Below are positions 23,757 to 36,250 of a stretch of DNA of 64,000 nucleotides, one piece after another. Origin of the DNA: Pseudovirgaria hyperparasitica (lineage: Eukaryota); assembly GCA_010093815.1 (NCBI GenBank), contig ML996574.1; one strand, given 5' to 3'. How positions within the stretch are numbered: position 1 is the stretch's first letter; the number at the start of each line of letters is the position of its first letter. The notes under the pieces are model-generated. The model made no database searches, had not been told where the DNA came from, and was given only the letters and a program-made list of their open reading frames with translations. The position numbers and the translations under genes are program-made.

Positions 23757-26210
23757 ATGTCATCCATGAACGCTCGCTTCAAAAATCTCGTGGGCTCGAG
23801 ACGCAAATCCTCAAACACTGTTGCTGCCTCAAACCCAAGCACCCCGCCCCCAGCCAACTCCAGCTCGCTCTCCCCTCCTTCCAATCCCAGCTCCTCCACC
23901 ACTTCTCTCCAGATGAATCCCCAAAACCCTCTCGGTCGTCCTCCTTCCTACACCTACGCTCCTCCTGGTGGCAACCTCGGTGCTCCTCAGCAACACGGTC
24001 GTTCGAGTAGTCCAATGCCCCCGCCGCCCATAAACACTGGTGCACAAGGCCACGGATATCCACCCCAACCGCAAGGCCAGATGTATGGTCAAGGTCCTCC
24101 TCCTCCGGGGCCTCCGGGTTATCCTCCCGCTCAACAACCTCAGTATGGTGGTTATGGTGCTCCGGCTCCGGCTCCTCCAGGGCCACAAGCGTACAACAGG
24201 CCCCCACCAGCTGTCGAGGCTGATGCCGGGAATCGGAGTAAAGCTCAATTGATTGTTGGGATTGATTTTGTAAGTCCGAGTCTCTTAGCAGTCATACGGC
24301 GAGTTTGCGCTAACTATACGCTAGGGAACCACCTTTTCCGGTGTAGCGTTTGCGTTTGCGACAAATACTGAGGCAAAGGAAGACATCATCACTGAGTGGC
24401 CGGGCGCAGGGAATCAAACAAAACAAAAGGTCAGCAAGAATAACATGAGACACCAGAGTCGCTTTTCTAACGTTTATCGTAGATTCCGACCGTTCTATAC
24501 TATGATCAATACCAAAAAGTCGTCGGATGGGGTCCAGATATTGCTGAGGCGCTAGCTCCGACTGGATACCCCAAGGCTGGCGTGCAGAAAGTCGAATGGT
24601 TCAAGCTGCAGCTGATGCTGTCTGGAAACACATATATTGACCCAATCAACCTTCCCCCACTACCGCCAGGCAAGTCGGAAATCGACGTAGCCGCTGATTA
24701 TCTATTCCACCTAAGACAGGCCATGCGAAACCAGCTGCAAAAAACCCTCGGAGAAGTATTCAATCGTGAAGAGAGAAATATTCGATACTACCTCACAGTA
24801 CCTGCTATCTGGAACGATGCTGGGAAGGCAGCTACTCGTGCTGCAGCCATTCAGGCCGGCTTCCTTCGGGACGAGAACGACAATCGGCTGACACTGATCA
24901 CTGAGCCAGAGGCAGCTGCCATGTTCTGTTCGAAGACAGGCTTACTTAATCTCAAAGTACACGATGCTCTTCTGATCGTTGATTGCGGTGGTGGCACCGT
25001 CGATTTGATCGCTTATGAAGTCGAAGAGGAGAACCCATTCTCTGTCGCAGAATGTACTGCAGGTTCTGGTGACTCTTGCGGCTCTACCGCATTGAATCGT
25101 AACTTTAGCAACATTCTTCGTGCCAAGATCCGAAAGATGAAGCTTCCAGACGGCTCCAAGACTGCAGGCAAGGTTTATGCCAAGTGCATCATGGATTTCG
25201 AAAACCGAATCAAAGCAGACTTCCGCAACAACGGTCAGGTATGTGCTGTCACGTCTCTTGGGCTGACTTATGCTAACCAGCTTCACAACAGAAATGGGCC
25301 GTTGACGTTGGTATTGAAGCCGAGTTCCCTGAAGCAGGCATTGAAGAGGGCTACATGACGTTTACGAACGAGGAGATTCTTCAGTGCTTCGAACCAGTCG
25401 TTAATCGTATTCTGGAACTTGTACGGAACCAAATTATTGCCATCCAAGCGCAAAATAGGGCACTGCAGGTTTGTGAATCATCTAGTGATGCCTTACACAT
25501 TTGCTAACTTCTTCTAGAACGTTCTCGTTGTTGGTGGTTTTGGTGCATCCGAATACCTTTTCCAGCAAATCAAGCTTCACGTTCCTCCACAGTTCCAGTC
25601 CAAGGTCGTCCGGCCTATGGATTCAGTAGCAGCTATTGTGAAGGGTGCTGTCACAGCTGGTATTACTGAGCGTATTGTAACTCATCGTGTGTCCCGTCGT
25701 CACTATCTGATGGCTACCTTGCAGCCTTTCAAGGAGGGTCACCATCCTGAGCAGTATCGTGTCCCGTCCCTGGATGGCAAGGATCGCTGCAAATACACTC
25801 GCCAAATATTTGTGCAAAAGGGTCAGCGTGTCAAGATTGGCGAGCCAGTCAAGGTCTCCTTCTTTCGACAAGTGGCACCAGGGGCTACGCTCATGTACGA
25901 AGATATCTTGTATGCTTGTGACGATGATGTCTGCCCAGAGTATACCAAAGATCCTCGTAAGTTCCGCTCCACTTAATGTTATTCAAGGACGGACCTAACA
26001 TGGTAATTAGGCATCAAGGAAGTCGTTACTTTAACCTCAGATCTCTCACGCAAGAATCTCGAGAAAGATTTCGAGCGCATGGACACACCGCAGGGCACGT
26101 TCTACCGGGTGTACTTTGACATCTACCTCACGCTAGACGGGTCCGAGTTCAATGCAGAACTCGTCTGCCAGGGCGAAGTCATGGGCCGCTGCTCTGCGCG
26201 CTTCCGATAA
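23757..26210 (+). CDS. Atypical Hsp70-superfamily protein (HSPA12-like) with Pro/Gly/Gln/Tyr-rich N-terminal extension; multi-exon
   Basis: LIVGIDF|GTTFSGVAF, LTVPAIW, ITEPEAAA, VDCGGGTVDL and LVVGGFGASEYL actin/Hsp70 ATPase motifs. Ends CSARFR*. Confidence 0.92.
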
Positions 26211-26812
26211 ATGTCTCAAAACCTTCCGGACACGAAATGCGGACCCTTTACGAACATCCCTTCATACACATCTCCGGGTACTGGGATGGGATTCTCATTT
26301 GGCTATGGAGTTTGACTATAAAACAATTTTTTTTCTCGCTCCTCTTCTCTCCCTTTGTTTGTCGCTGTTGCGTTTCTCTCGATTGTTTTTTGTGTGATGT
26401 CTGTCGCGTCTGCATACCCCCCTCCCAATATTCAGTTCAGGCCTTGTTCTCGGTTGCAATGCGCACGCACACATACAAACACACATCTGTTACACACAAA
26501 TTTCGGCCGCACAGCGCAGCAGATTACGCATATTATGAGTGAAGTGGGGAAAGGGGGGGGCCAGGTTTCGGTAGTGAGTGTGGACCGGGTTTTTACCTGA
26601 TCTGTCACGAGATGAATATGATGATGATGATAAGGCGACCAGGAGGAAGCCAGGACTTTGGGGAATGGATGGATGGATGGATGCTCATGGGGGATTATTG
26701 TGCGAACGTCTTTTTTGGTGGGGGCTTGGGCGAGGTGGGGGCGATGTTGGGATTGCTGTTAGCGAAATGATAGGAGCGACGTAGTTGGTTGGTAGTAGTG
26801 AGTGATAGTAGC

Positions 26813-26836
26813 TAGGTAGTAGGTAGTAGGTAGTAG
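26813..26836. repeat. (TAGGTAG)n short tandem repeat
   Basis: taggtagtaggtagtaggtagtag visible downstream of the Hsp70-like gene. Confidence 0.7.
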
Positions 26837-27274
26837 ACATTCTTACATGTTATATGGAGGCTTGAATATATAATGAATGGCGTCCAAGTATCCTGGTCGA
26901 GCCCCCACCGTTTTGTATCAGCCCCACCATCTCACGCATATTCTTCGACTACATACGGATCACGATGGTCTGCTATAATGTGTTATCGTCAAGGATCGGC
27001 TTATGTTCGTTCCTCTATGGCCATATGAGCGCGCAATCATTGCTATTGGATTCAGGACAATTCATTGTGAATTACGTTACTATAGTCATTGCACCATGCC
27101 ACTGTGCCTCTCCTATGTTGTATCTACGTTCCCAGGGTATTATTATCATCGGAAGTGAGTCAACGCTGTGCTACAAATTACAACCCCATGCTTCTCTGCT
27201 GTCGACATTGCCGTTCGCCTCCTGCACTACAGCATGCTCGCGGTAGCCATTTCAACGTCAACTCATGATCGCCA

Positions 27275-28806
27275 TCATACCATCTGTTCGCCTCGTGCAT
27301 ATCCGCCACCAACAGGTCGACGTTCAATACCTGAATTACGACGGTGGCCAGTAGAGTTGACCGTGTCATTCGCAACGCCATGGCCAACGCCGCTGTGATC
27401 TCCATTGTCAACGAGCCCATTCTGATGTCCATTATCAACAACTCCATTATGGTGGCTGCGTCCAGCATTCACATTCGATCCCTTGCCCCAACCTGCCTTG
27501 CGCGTAAAGACACCAGTCCCAAAGCCTTCCAGCGCGCTCGCAGCCCGATCATATGCAAACGGTGTTCCACGAATAAGCGGGACGTGGTTGAAACGGAAGT
27601 CCCACACCGCAGCATAGACCATCCTATATGCTGCGAATGCGAACATGGTTCCAATGATAGCACCAGCAACTACGTCATACCAATTGTGGTACTCATCAAT
27701 GGTGAGGGCACCGCCGATGAGGACTGCTCCGAGGATGGGTGCAAAGACGAGAATCAGTGCCCACATTGGCGTATGGTGGTTGCTGAAGAGCTTGAGCTTA
27801 GCATTAAGGTAGAGGGAGAGGAAGACGAAGCCAGCGAAGGCGGCTGTGGTGTGGCCCGAGGGAAAGGATTCGAGGGCATCATCGATTTCTGGTCACGGTC
27901 AGTGCCTGGCTTTTCAGTGGAAGTCGATACCACTACGGTACTTACGGTCGTTGTCTCCTGTACAGATAGATCTATCGAACATGATACCACCAAGTCCATT
28001 GCCGGTCAAGGGTGAGCCACTCGGGTCGGCGTTTGGATCGGTCGCTATGGCGATCATTGCAGGGGTGATATTGGGCTTGCAGACAGCCAGGAAGTGCGGT
28101 CTCAGACCACCGATGAGGCACTTCAGAAACACCTGGAAGACGGCAGCAGTGATAAGTGAGTATAAGAGACCAAGAGTCTAAACAACATGTGTTAGCATAC
28201 TTCTCCCAAACGGAGTGCACCATGGCTGAACATACAGCATTGTTCACATCCCAGAAACTCCTGACACGGATCTGCGCGATCAAGAACACAGAAATCGGTA
28301 CCAACGCAGCGAGTAGTGCAGCGGCCCAGATGGGGATGATCTCGTTGCGAAGTGGGTACGCGAACTGAGGGTACACAATCTCACCATCAGCGAAGTAGAT
28401 AGGGAACGAGCGGGAGGGTGCTGGTGGAGCTTCGTAAACCTGGACACAACATTAGCAATTACACCCAACACGAGTGTGTTCTTCCTCCAACCCATGAAGC
28501 CATGGAAAGGATTGTAAACTTGAAAATCAATGAACATACACCAAGACCAATCACACCCATTATGACCATAGTCAAGATATCTGCCCAAGTAAGTTTGAAC
28601 CACTGTCCAAACGTCGGCCTCGAGTAAAGCGAGTGCGTATTCCCATGGTTGCGGGCATTGATAACGCCGCCAGTGTGACCGGTCGCGTTGCTGCGATGAT
28701 CACGATTGAACATGCCACCGAGTGCAGACTTTTTCTCTGGATGAGTACCTGTAGCAGTGGTGGTGTCTGCAGCAACCGGTTGCGTACGGCGATTGAAAAA
28801 ACCCAT
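27275..28806 (-). CDS. PAP2-family lipid/diacylglycerol-pyrophosphate phosphatase (DPP1/LPP1-like); multi-exon
   Basis: YPQFAYPLR, motif 1 KCLIGGLRPHFL, motif 2 ESFPSGHT (after a GTAAGT...CTGAC...CAG intron), motif 3 variant ALTIDEYHNWYDV; multiple TM helices. Confidence 0.9.
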
Positions 28807-30248
28807 CTCGATGCTGGCTGAATTCTGAAGCGATTGAAACAATAGCAGCTAGGAACAACTGAATGAGCTGGGAATGGATGTAAGATGGATGTAGCGTGCA
28901 AGTCGCGTGAGATAGAGGGACGGAAGAGGATGACGCAAGACGGCGGAGTCTGAACAAGGCAGGCGCGATCTGGTCCTGGAGACGGGAAAGTCAACAAATT
29001 TCCAGGACGTGCGCAGCTTAAAAGGGCAATGACTCTATAGTGGACTTCCCTGTTTTCGACGCGCATGCACACCGAGAAGTTGAGATTGCCATGACGTCTC
29101 ATCTCCACATTACTCAAGGTAATATTGTTGTTCTTCACTTCACTAGCCACAGAGAATGCTCGACACGACATGGCACTACGCGGCACGGTGCGACGGAGAA
29201 GTCGCACTTGTGTAGACTGTGTGGAGCATCTTGTAGTTGGCCTTGACACCTCGACTTGATACCTCCGATGTACTGTACTACTGGAGTCTGTAGCGCGTTA
29301 TGCTCCGACAGTTGGCAGAAGCTTGTCAAAAGCTTGGTCTGGTACTACTGTAGCATAACCCTTAACATTGGTTCGCTTGCTGCGTGACCCGACTTTAGCG
29401 GCCGCTGCGTGGAGCATGATGCGATGACGTTTCGCATGGATTGACCGTATTTGGTCGATTCTATTGGTCGTGTTCACGAAGGTGTTTGCAATGGTCAAAG
29501 AGGGGTGTACAGACGTATAAATCCTTGCTAGAAATTCAAATGGGTATATAACAGAAAGATTGACCATAAATATCCGCCGACGAAGCACAGCCGTGTTCGA
29601 ACCAGTTGCACCACATTTAATACAATATACATGACCATACACGTTCCACCACATATCCGCCACATTCGCATGTCTTTCATGTTCTTTTGATTCTCAACTC
29701 GACAAGCAGCGACGCTCCAGCAACAGCTTTGCGTGCATCTAGCTGCATCATGATCATTCTTGGCCAGTACTGTCTCCCAGCGCACATGTGAAGTCCCAGA
29801 GTCCCAGGGCCGAGCTTTTTTGGACCGATCCAGCTCTGACCTTCATAACCCAGCCGAGTTAGAAGCACCTAGGGCTGTCACTGTTACAAGTCCTCGCTCG
29901 TGTTTGTCCCATGCCTCTTGTGTGGTGGATCGTGGTGGACCGCAGGTATTTCTCGAGGTCGAGACCTGCGTCACATCGACCACATGCTTTTGGTCAAATT
30001 GTTGGTTGAAGATATCGTTGACGGATGAGCCGGTGTTGTATGTGTGCGCAAAGTATTGTAGCTCTCAATCATTCATAGGATCACTCTGAATCTGCAGTAA
30101 GAAGAAAGATGCATTCTAGATCTGCGTAATTTGCGAAAAGAATAATGAGCTATGCTTCTGCTTGGTAGGAGAAACGCAAGGAAATCTCATCTGTGCAGTC
30201 TGTGGTGGGGAGGGGCGAGGAGAGCAGGTAAGTGAAGAGAGGAGCAGG

Positions 30249-30572
30249 TCATGGATCGATATAATCAATGTCATTGAAAAGATCCATGACCACTTTCAGC
30301 ATGGGTTCGCAGAGGCTTACTTCGTCCCCGGTCTCGCCTCCGAAAAGGCGAAGCCGTTGAGCTTCCATTGCATCTTCGTCATCCTGCATCTGCCATGCCG
30401 AGTAGAGCTCTTCGAAAAAGGGAGAAGATTGGTAATGAGGGAGTGGAGGAGCAGGCTCTATGTTTCGATCTTTGGACGAGGAAACGGATGATGTCCGAGA
30501 ATGATTTTGCTGCGTATGCGAACGGTGGCGAGGTCGACTTCGGGTTCGTTTACGGTTGTGTCGTTGGCCCAT
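30249..30572 (-). CDS. Small hypothetical protein (107 aa), basic N-terminus and acidic C-terminus
   Basis: ATG in good context (acaATGg) with a TATA-like (AT)n at 30660-30673 upstream. Protein-like C-terminus WQMQDDEDAMEAQRLRLFGGETGDEVSLCEPML. Confidence 0.55.
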   Translation of the reverse strand: MGQRHNRKRTRSRPRHRSHTQQNHSRTSSVSSSKDRNIEPAPPLPHYQSSPFFEELYSAWQMQDDEDAMEAQRLRLFGGETGDEVSLCEPMLKVVMDLFNDIDYIDP

Positions 30573-30729
30573 TGTGCGTTATCAATCAGCAGTCACGGAG
30601 ACCCTGGCGGTAGAACAAAGATTGTAGAGTGGTAATGAGTGGCAAGCATGGAGGTCATAGATATATATATATACACTTCCGATGTTGACTAGAGGCAGCG
30701 ATGCCGTGCCGCGTGCATGAGAATGACAG

Positions 30730-30779
30730 AGTCATGCATGTGATGACTCAAACCGATTGAGGCGGGTTCTGCTGACTCA
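30730..30779. promoter_or_regulatory. Cluster of three TGACTC(A) bZIP (Gcn4/CpcA/AP-1-type) sites
   Basis: GAGTCAT at ~30730, TGACTCA at 30744-30750 and 30773-30779; a fourth TGAGTCA at 31141. Confidence 0.5.
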
Positions 30780-32071
30780 TGATTGGCCAGGCTGTGGACA
30801 CTAACTTGATTAGGTACAAAGCACAGCCACGGCTAGGCAGGGAACATGGTAGAGCCTTCTCGATGCGTCAAACACGAGAGGCTCAACCGAAACATGTCTC
30901 TACTGCATTCGTCATCTGCTTTTTCAGACTTGGAAGCAGCAATGTCACACCACTATGGTCCCATCTTACGAATCCGCGCGACACTCATACATGTCCTCGA
31001 TTTCGCATAACACGTAATAGACCACCTCACTGTTGCGTACTAGATACTAGGTCGGGCTTCATTCTACCACTGGCATATTTTCGGAGCTGGCTTGCCTCTG
31101 CCATGCATCTTTGACGCCGATGTCGGTGCGACGTGTCTCCTGAGTCACAAAGCATAGATGAGGAGCTCTGTCGCCTATTTTGCGATGACTACGAGCAATC
31201 TAGAGGATATATGTCTGACTAAAAGATTCGCGACTTGCCAAGTATCGCGACAAGCACGCTGCAGTTGCCTACGAGGCTTCACTCAAGTGCCAGCGCATCC
31301 GACGGGGCGGTGGCCAGGCACGTAGAATTCGAGCACTAGCCCACCCGTGTCAGATGTGGCCGTAGAGATTCAACTTTATCGCAACAAAGTTTGTCTTTTC
31401 GATACGTATCGTTATGGGAGATAGTGTGGTAGGTTACAAGACACATGACTTGGTGCGTTCCTCTTGCTTGCATAATGTGTGGCATAGAACAACCTTGAAC
31501 TACCTTTTAATGCGACTACCTTTCTTTGGTGGGATTAGTGACTACCTTTCACGATTCAAAAGTCAAGTCGAAGAAGCAGGTATGGGTCTGATACAGCACG
31601 TACATGATGTAGTACATAGCGTTTCACTTTGCAGCCCTGGCCCCTGATACATCATCGTGGGGTGAAAAGATTTATAGTCTTGACATCTCCACAGCTCCAC
31701 AAACACTCGAGCCTCCTCCCCACGTCTCTCGACAGCAGCCTTGTAACTGATTCTTCGTGGCGTAAGCCATCCGTTTCAATATCCTCAGACCCACTTCCCG
31801 TGCTCTTATACACGGAAATTGTTTCTCCGTTCGCACTACCATACGCGCCGGAATCACTGCTAAACGTGCCGGAATCACAATTCCAATCTATTCGAAGCCA
31901 AGATAAGTCAAGCCTTGGGACAAAATGCTTGTATATGGAATGATTCCACAGATGGGATATTGAGTCGCAAACTGACTTTGCGATACGTATATTTCGATCC
32001 ACTTATGATCCTCGACAGTCAAATGAAGTGGCGGACGAATGATAACCGTCATATTAAGGGCTGTAACATAG

Positions 32072-32080
32072 ATTGGGGGA
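32072..32080 (-). promoter_or_regulatory. GARE (galacturonic-acid responsive element, TCCnCCAAT; GaaR site)
   Basis: ATTGGGGGA on + equals TCCCCCAAT on -, about 60 nt upstream of TATAAAAA (32137) of a polygalacturonase. Confidence 0.65.
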
Positions 32081-32233
32081 CGCGTATCTTGTGCGTACAT
32101 GTTGACGTCGACGAAAGAATGCTGTAGGCTTTGGTGTATAAAAAGACTCACCAAGGAGATAGAGAGCATACGACACGATCTTTCCACTTTCATCACTTCC
32201 TTTCTGCTCCATTCTACTTCAATACTTCTAAAA

Positions 32234-33608
32234 ATGAAGCTCTTTTTCTATGCCTTATCCATAGTCCTGGCGACTGTTGGCTGTGCCGACGCAAAATCCA
32301 CAGCTGTAAAGAGTTCCAAGACGGCTACATCTTGCACTGTGACGGAGTATGCCTCTGTGTCTGCAGCAGTAGCGTCCTGCACAGCGATAACCCTTAAGAG
32401 TATCACGGTTCCAGCTGGTGATACGTTGGATCTGACGAAGTTGAAGGCTGGATCGAAGGTCACCTTCTCAGGCACCACGGTTAGTCCTCTAAACTTGCGA
32501 CAGGATATCATGCTAGCGACGCCTCTATAGTGAGAATTGCTAGAAGTGTGGCTAGATTGATATCCTGTCACTGCGTTTTTAGATCGAAAACCGTCTAATA
32601 AGAATCGAAAAGACTTTTGAATATGTAGCCGAGGACTTTGATCCCGTCAAGATCACTGGCTCAGGAGTCGAGATCACCGGTGATTCCTCCCATGTCATTG
32701 ATGGCAACGGCTCGGCGTGGTGGGACGGACAAGGTTCGAATGGCGGTACAACGAAGTAAACAACTTCTTGTCGATCTTGTGACCTTATCGCTGACGCCAA
32801 TAGACCGGATCACTTCATTGTCTTGAGTAAACTTGTTGCCAACTCGCATGTCCACGGACTGAACATCAAGAACTGGCCGACCCATTGCTTCCAGATCACC
32901 GGCGCCAAAGACTTGATCATCGAGAATATTTATCTAGACAACTCCGCTGGTGATGCCCCAAACAGCAAGTCTGGTGGGAAGGCAGCTGCTCACAACTCAG
33001 ATGGCTTCGATATAAGCTCCAGCACCAATGTAGTTCTGAGGAATTCAATCGTGAAGAACCAGGACGACTGTGTTGCTGTGACCAGTGGGACAAACATTAC
33101 TGTCTCTGGGCTGACCTGTAGTGGTGGCCACGGTTTGAGCATTGGGAGTGTCGGTGGCAAAAGTAGTAAGTCGACTTCCATGCGAATGTCCTTATTTGTG
33201 ATCCTGACTCGGTCGTTAGACAACACCGTATCTGGGATTACCTTCTCTGACAGTACGATATCCAATTCTGAGAATGGGGCGCGAATCAAGACCAACTCTG
33301 GTACCACGGGAAGTGTCGAGAATATAGTGTACACGAACATCAAGTTGTCCAATATCTCTGATTATGGCATCGACATCCAGCAGGACTACCTGAATGGGGG
33401 CCCAACCGGTGTCCCTACCAACGGAGTTACGATCAAGGGTGTTACGATGTCCAACATTACCGGCACAGCGACGAGCGATGCGAAGAATTATTATATTCTT
33501 TGCGGCAGCGGGTCATGCTCCGACTTTACCTTTAATGGTATTAGTATCACTGGTGGGACTGGCGACAGCTGTAACTATAGTCCGGCCGGTGACTTCAAAT
33601 GCGCTTGA
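32234..33608 (+). CDS. Secreted endo-polygalacturonase, glycoside hydrolase family 28; introns 32480-32612, ~32756-32803, 33166-33219
   Basis: Signal peptide MKLFFYALSIVLATVGCADA; IDGNGSAWWDG; catalytic motifs HNSDGFD, NQDDC, GGHGLSIGS and RIK. Confidence 0.95.
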
Positions 33609-33974
33609 ATTCTAGGCGATGCAAGCTGGATGAGGTTTAGAAGTACTTTCTTGTATATATCATTCATATTTGGTACCTTGACTTGTTCGGTGACCCATGG
33701 TTCTGATGTAACAGACCGTGCAATACAATAGCGCGATAATGTTGCTGATACAGCTTTAGCGCATAATGACTTGTCTTTCCAAACGAGCCCCTCATGTTCA
33801 TCTCATTTGCCTTAGTATGTACAGGTTTGCGAACGTGGCCATGGGCTTAATCACTATCGCAGATGCTCGGAATGCGCCAAAACTCCTCGCTTGGCTAGGC
33901 TATCCATAAAAAGAGGCCCAATACGAGTCAAAGGCCTCATCTGTCGACATCCTTGATTCATATCTTCCTAAGAG

Positions 33975-34516
33975 TCATTGCTGACCTGCAGGAAGTTTCC
34001 AATTGTTCACACGCCACCACCAGCGTCGTACCCTCGCTCCTACATGGCGTCCACTTAGTCTCGATGCGGAATTCCAATGTCTCCAACCAGAAAGAATCAA
34101 TTGCCAGCCCAGGCCTTGTACAAGAGGTAGAAGTACCTGACGTCTGCTGTTAGCTTACACTTGGATCTCTGGGCGTCTTCCGTATATACCTGATCTCGTA
34201 TCGTGATGTATGTGACACCCTGCCATCCTTGCGCTTGTTCAATGCTTTTCAGATAGCTCTGCTCGAATCTCATATCCGGAAGTGGAGGGAGCGCGGGCCG
34301 CCGCGGGCGAAGATCGAGGATCGATACAGGAATCTCGTCGTCGGCGGCATCTGCAACTGCATCGAGTTCGGAGGGAGTGGGTGACGAGGACACGCGAACA
34401 GGCTCTCGCTTGTCTGCCGCCGTTGACGGTGCTATATCATGGCTTGGCGATGGTCTCCGATTGATCGAGGCCGATTGTATGGCGGATGTGAGCTCCGAGA
34501 CTACGTTGTGAGACAT
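33975..34516 (-). CDS. DUF1770-family fungal protein; exons 34516-34190, 34136-33975
   Basis: LPPLPDMRFEQSYLKSI...ITIRDQ|VLLPLVQGLGW...GWRHWN...GARVRRWWWRVNNWKLP. Confidence 0.8.
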
Positions 34517-34758
34517 GCTGGGTGTGTAGTCTGAAGTCGACGACGAAAGCTTGGCTAATTATTGGTTTAGAAGCTGTGACCGCGGCTCATCCCCGGTGAG
34601 AAAGACCCCCGCTGTAGCGACCTGAACCAGCACGGAGCCCTGAGATCTAGCGTGGCGCATCGCATCAGCTAGTCAGCCTTTCTCTGAATACATCTTTGAC
34701 ATCACTCCCTTTTACGAAGCCGTTACTTCGGCCATAAAATACCCGCACTACAACGAAT

Positions 34759-35547
34759 ATGGGGAACGCAAACAGCAACATGCTTGAGACCATTGTCCAG
34801 GGTTCAAATTGTAAGACAACATATGCCACATTGTCGAAGCCATGCAGAGGGGTACAGAGAGGGGTCAACGGACACACTTAAGGGGCGGGCTAATTGTATA
34901 CGCTTATAGTCGACCATGAAGAAGTGGACAGACTGAGGAAGCGTTTCATGAAGCTAGACAAGGTAAGCCAGAACCATGCCTATGCAGCGAAGCCTCTTAC
35001 AATGATGCTGAGGACCACTACAGGACAATTCAGGCACTATTGAGCGCGAAGAGTTCCTCGCCCTTCCACAAGTATCGTCGAATCCTCTAGCTACCCGCAT
35101 GATTGCCATCTTTGACGAGGACGGTGGTGGCGATGTTGACTTCCAGGAGTTCGTATCAGGCCTGAGCGCCTTTAGCTCGAAAGGCAACAAGGATGAGAAG
35201 CTCAAGTTTGCGTTCAAAGTCTACGACATTGATAGAGATGGGTACATAAGCAACGGCGAGCTGTTTATTGTGCTAAAGATGATGGTTGGAAGCAATTTGA
35301 AAGACCAACAGCTGCAACAGGTGCGCACTCTGCAAGTGTCGAAGTATATTGCTGCGCGAGGCTGACCAGGCTTTAGATTGTGGACAAGACCATCATGGAG
35401 GCAGATCTTGACCAGGATGGAAAGATCAGTTTTGAAGAGTTCACAAAAATGGTCGAGAGTACCGATATTTCTATGAGCATGACGTTAGGTAAGTGGCTGT
35501 CTGGCGTTTTGCTCTACCGACGCTGACATGTTGTAGATCAATTTTGA
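34759..35547 (+). CDS. CNB1: Calcineurin regulatory subunit B; multi-exon
   Basis: Myristoylation start [22 protein letters not shown]-hands [26 protein letters not shown] and [13 protein letters not shown]. Ends MTLDQF*. Confidence 0.97.
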
Positions 35548-36198
35548 TAATACCCATGAGGGGCTAGCCTCAGGCTCAGGAGCATGGCGTTTCGGACTAC
35601 TGCTTGTGGCAAAGGAGAATGTTTTAAGAGTTACTATTAATGGACTTGTTGAACATTCACTATGAGACAGCTCACGTGGCCTCCATATTCTGGGAGAGCC
35701 GCTAAGACAGGTGAACTTTAGGCCTTGAACCCACAGTGTCCAGACTTCGCAGTGAACCTTCGGTCGACTATAACATAAAAGTCTGAAGCACTTTTAAAGA
35801 CAAAACGAATGCTTCACGTAACTGACTCTGCTCAACTCTGCTAGCGTACGACTTAGTAGCATGCGACTTATCTGAAGCGCCACAATTTGAAATGTCTTTG
35901 TTTGACGGTTTAATCGACAGCCACCGGTGAAATATGCGGCTTAGAGCCTTACAAACATGTCGAAGCGATTGGGAGTTGAGCCGGCACTGGCTTCGAAGCA
36001 GTTGAGATGCTCCTTGAACGAACCACAGCCATGATTGTAGGAACACCACGCTCGGGATCCAGCCTGGGAATTGAGGAGAAATCAAGGACAATCACCGCAT
36101 TTAATATATCGAGAAACCTACCTGGTACTCTCGTAGGTTGTTTCTGGAGAGAATACGGAGTTGCCAAGCCTCCACGCAAGGACCCTGATAAAGCTAGC

Positions 36199-36250
36199 GT
36201 GGCGTGATTTCCTGGTCCCCTTTCCGGGACGCCGGGGAGCTCGGGCTCCG
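36199..36250. promoter_or_regulatory. Sterol-regulatory cassette: SRE (ATCACGCCAC on -, 36199-36208) plus CGG-N12-CCG (36233-36250)
   Basis: GTGGCGTGAT and CGG GGAGCTCGGGCT CCG lie 80-130 nt upstream of the ERG2 ATG. Confidence 0.6.

Noticed and set aside
30072..30083. TTCATAGGATCA, resembling U3 snoRNA box A
   Set aside because: Only 12 nt match; box A', the continuation TTTCTATAG and the downstream C'/B/C/D boxes are not evident.
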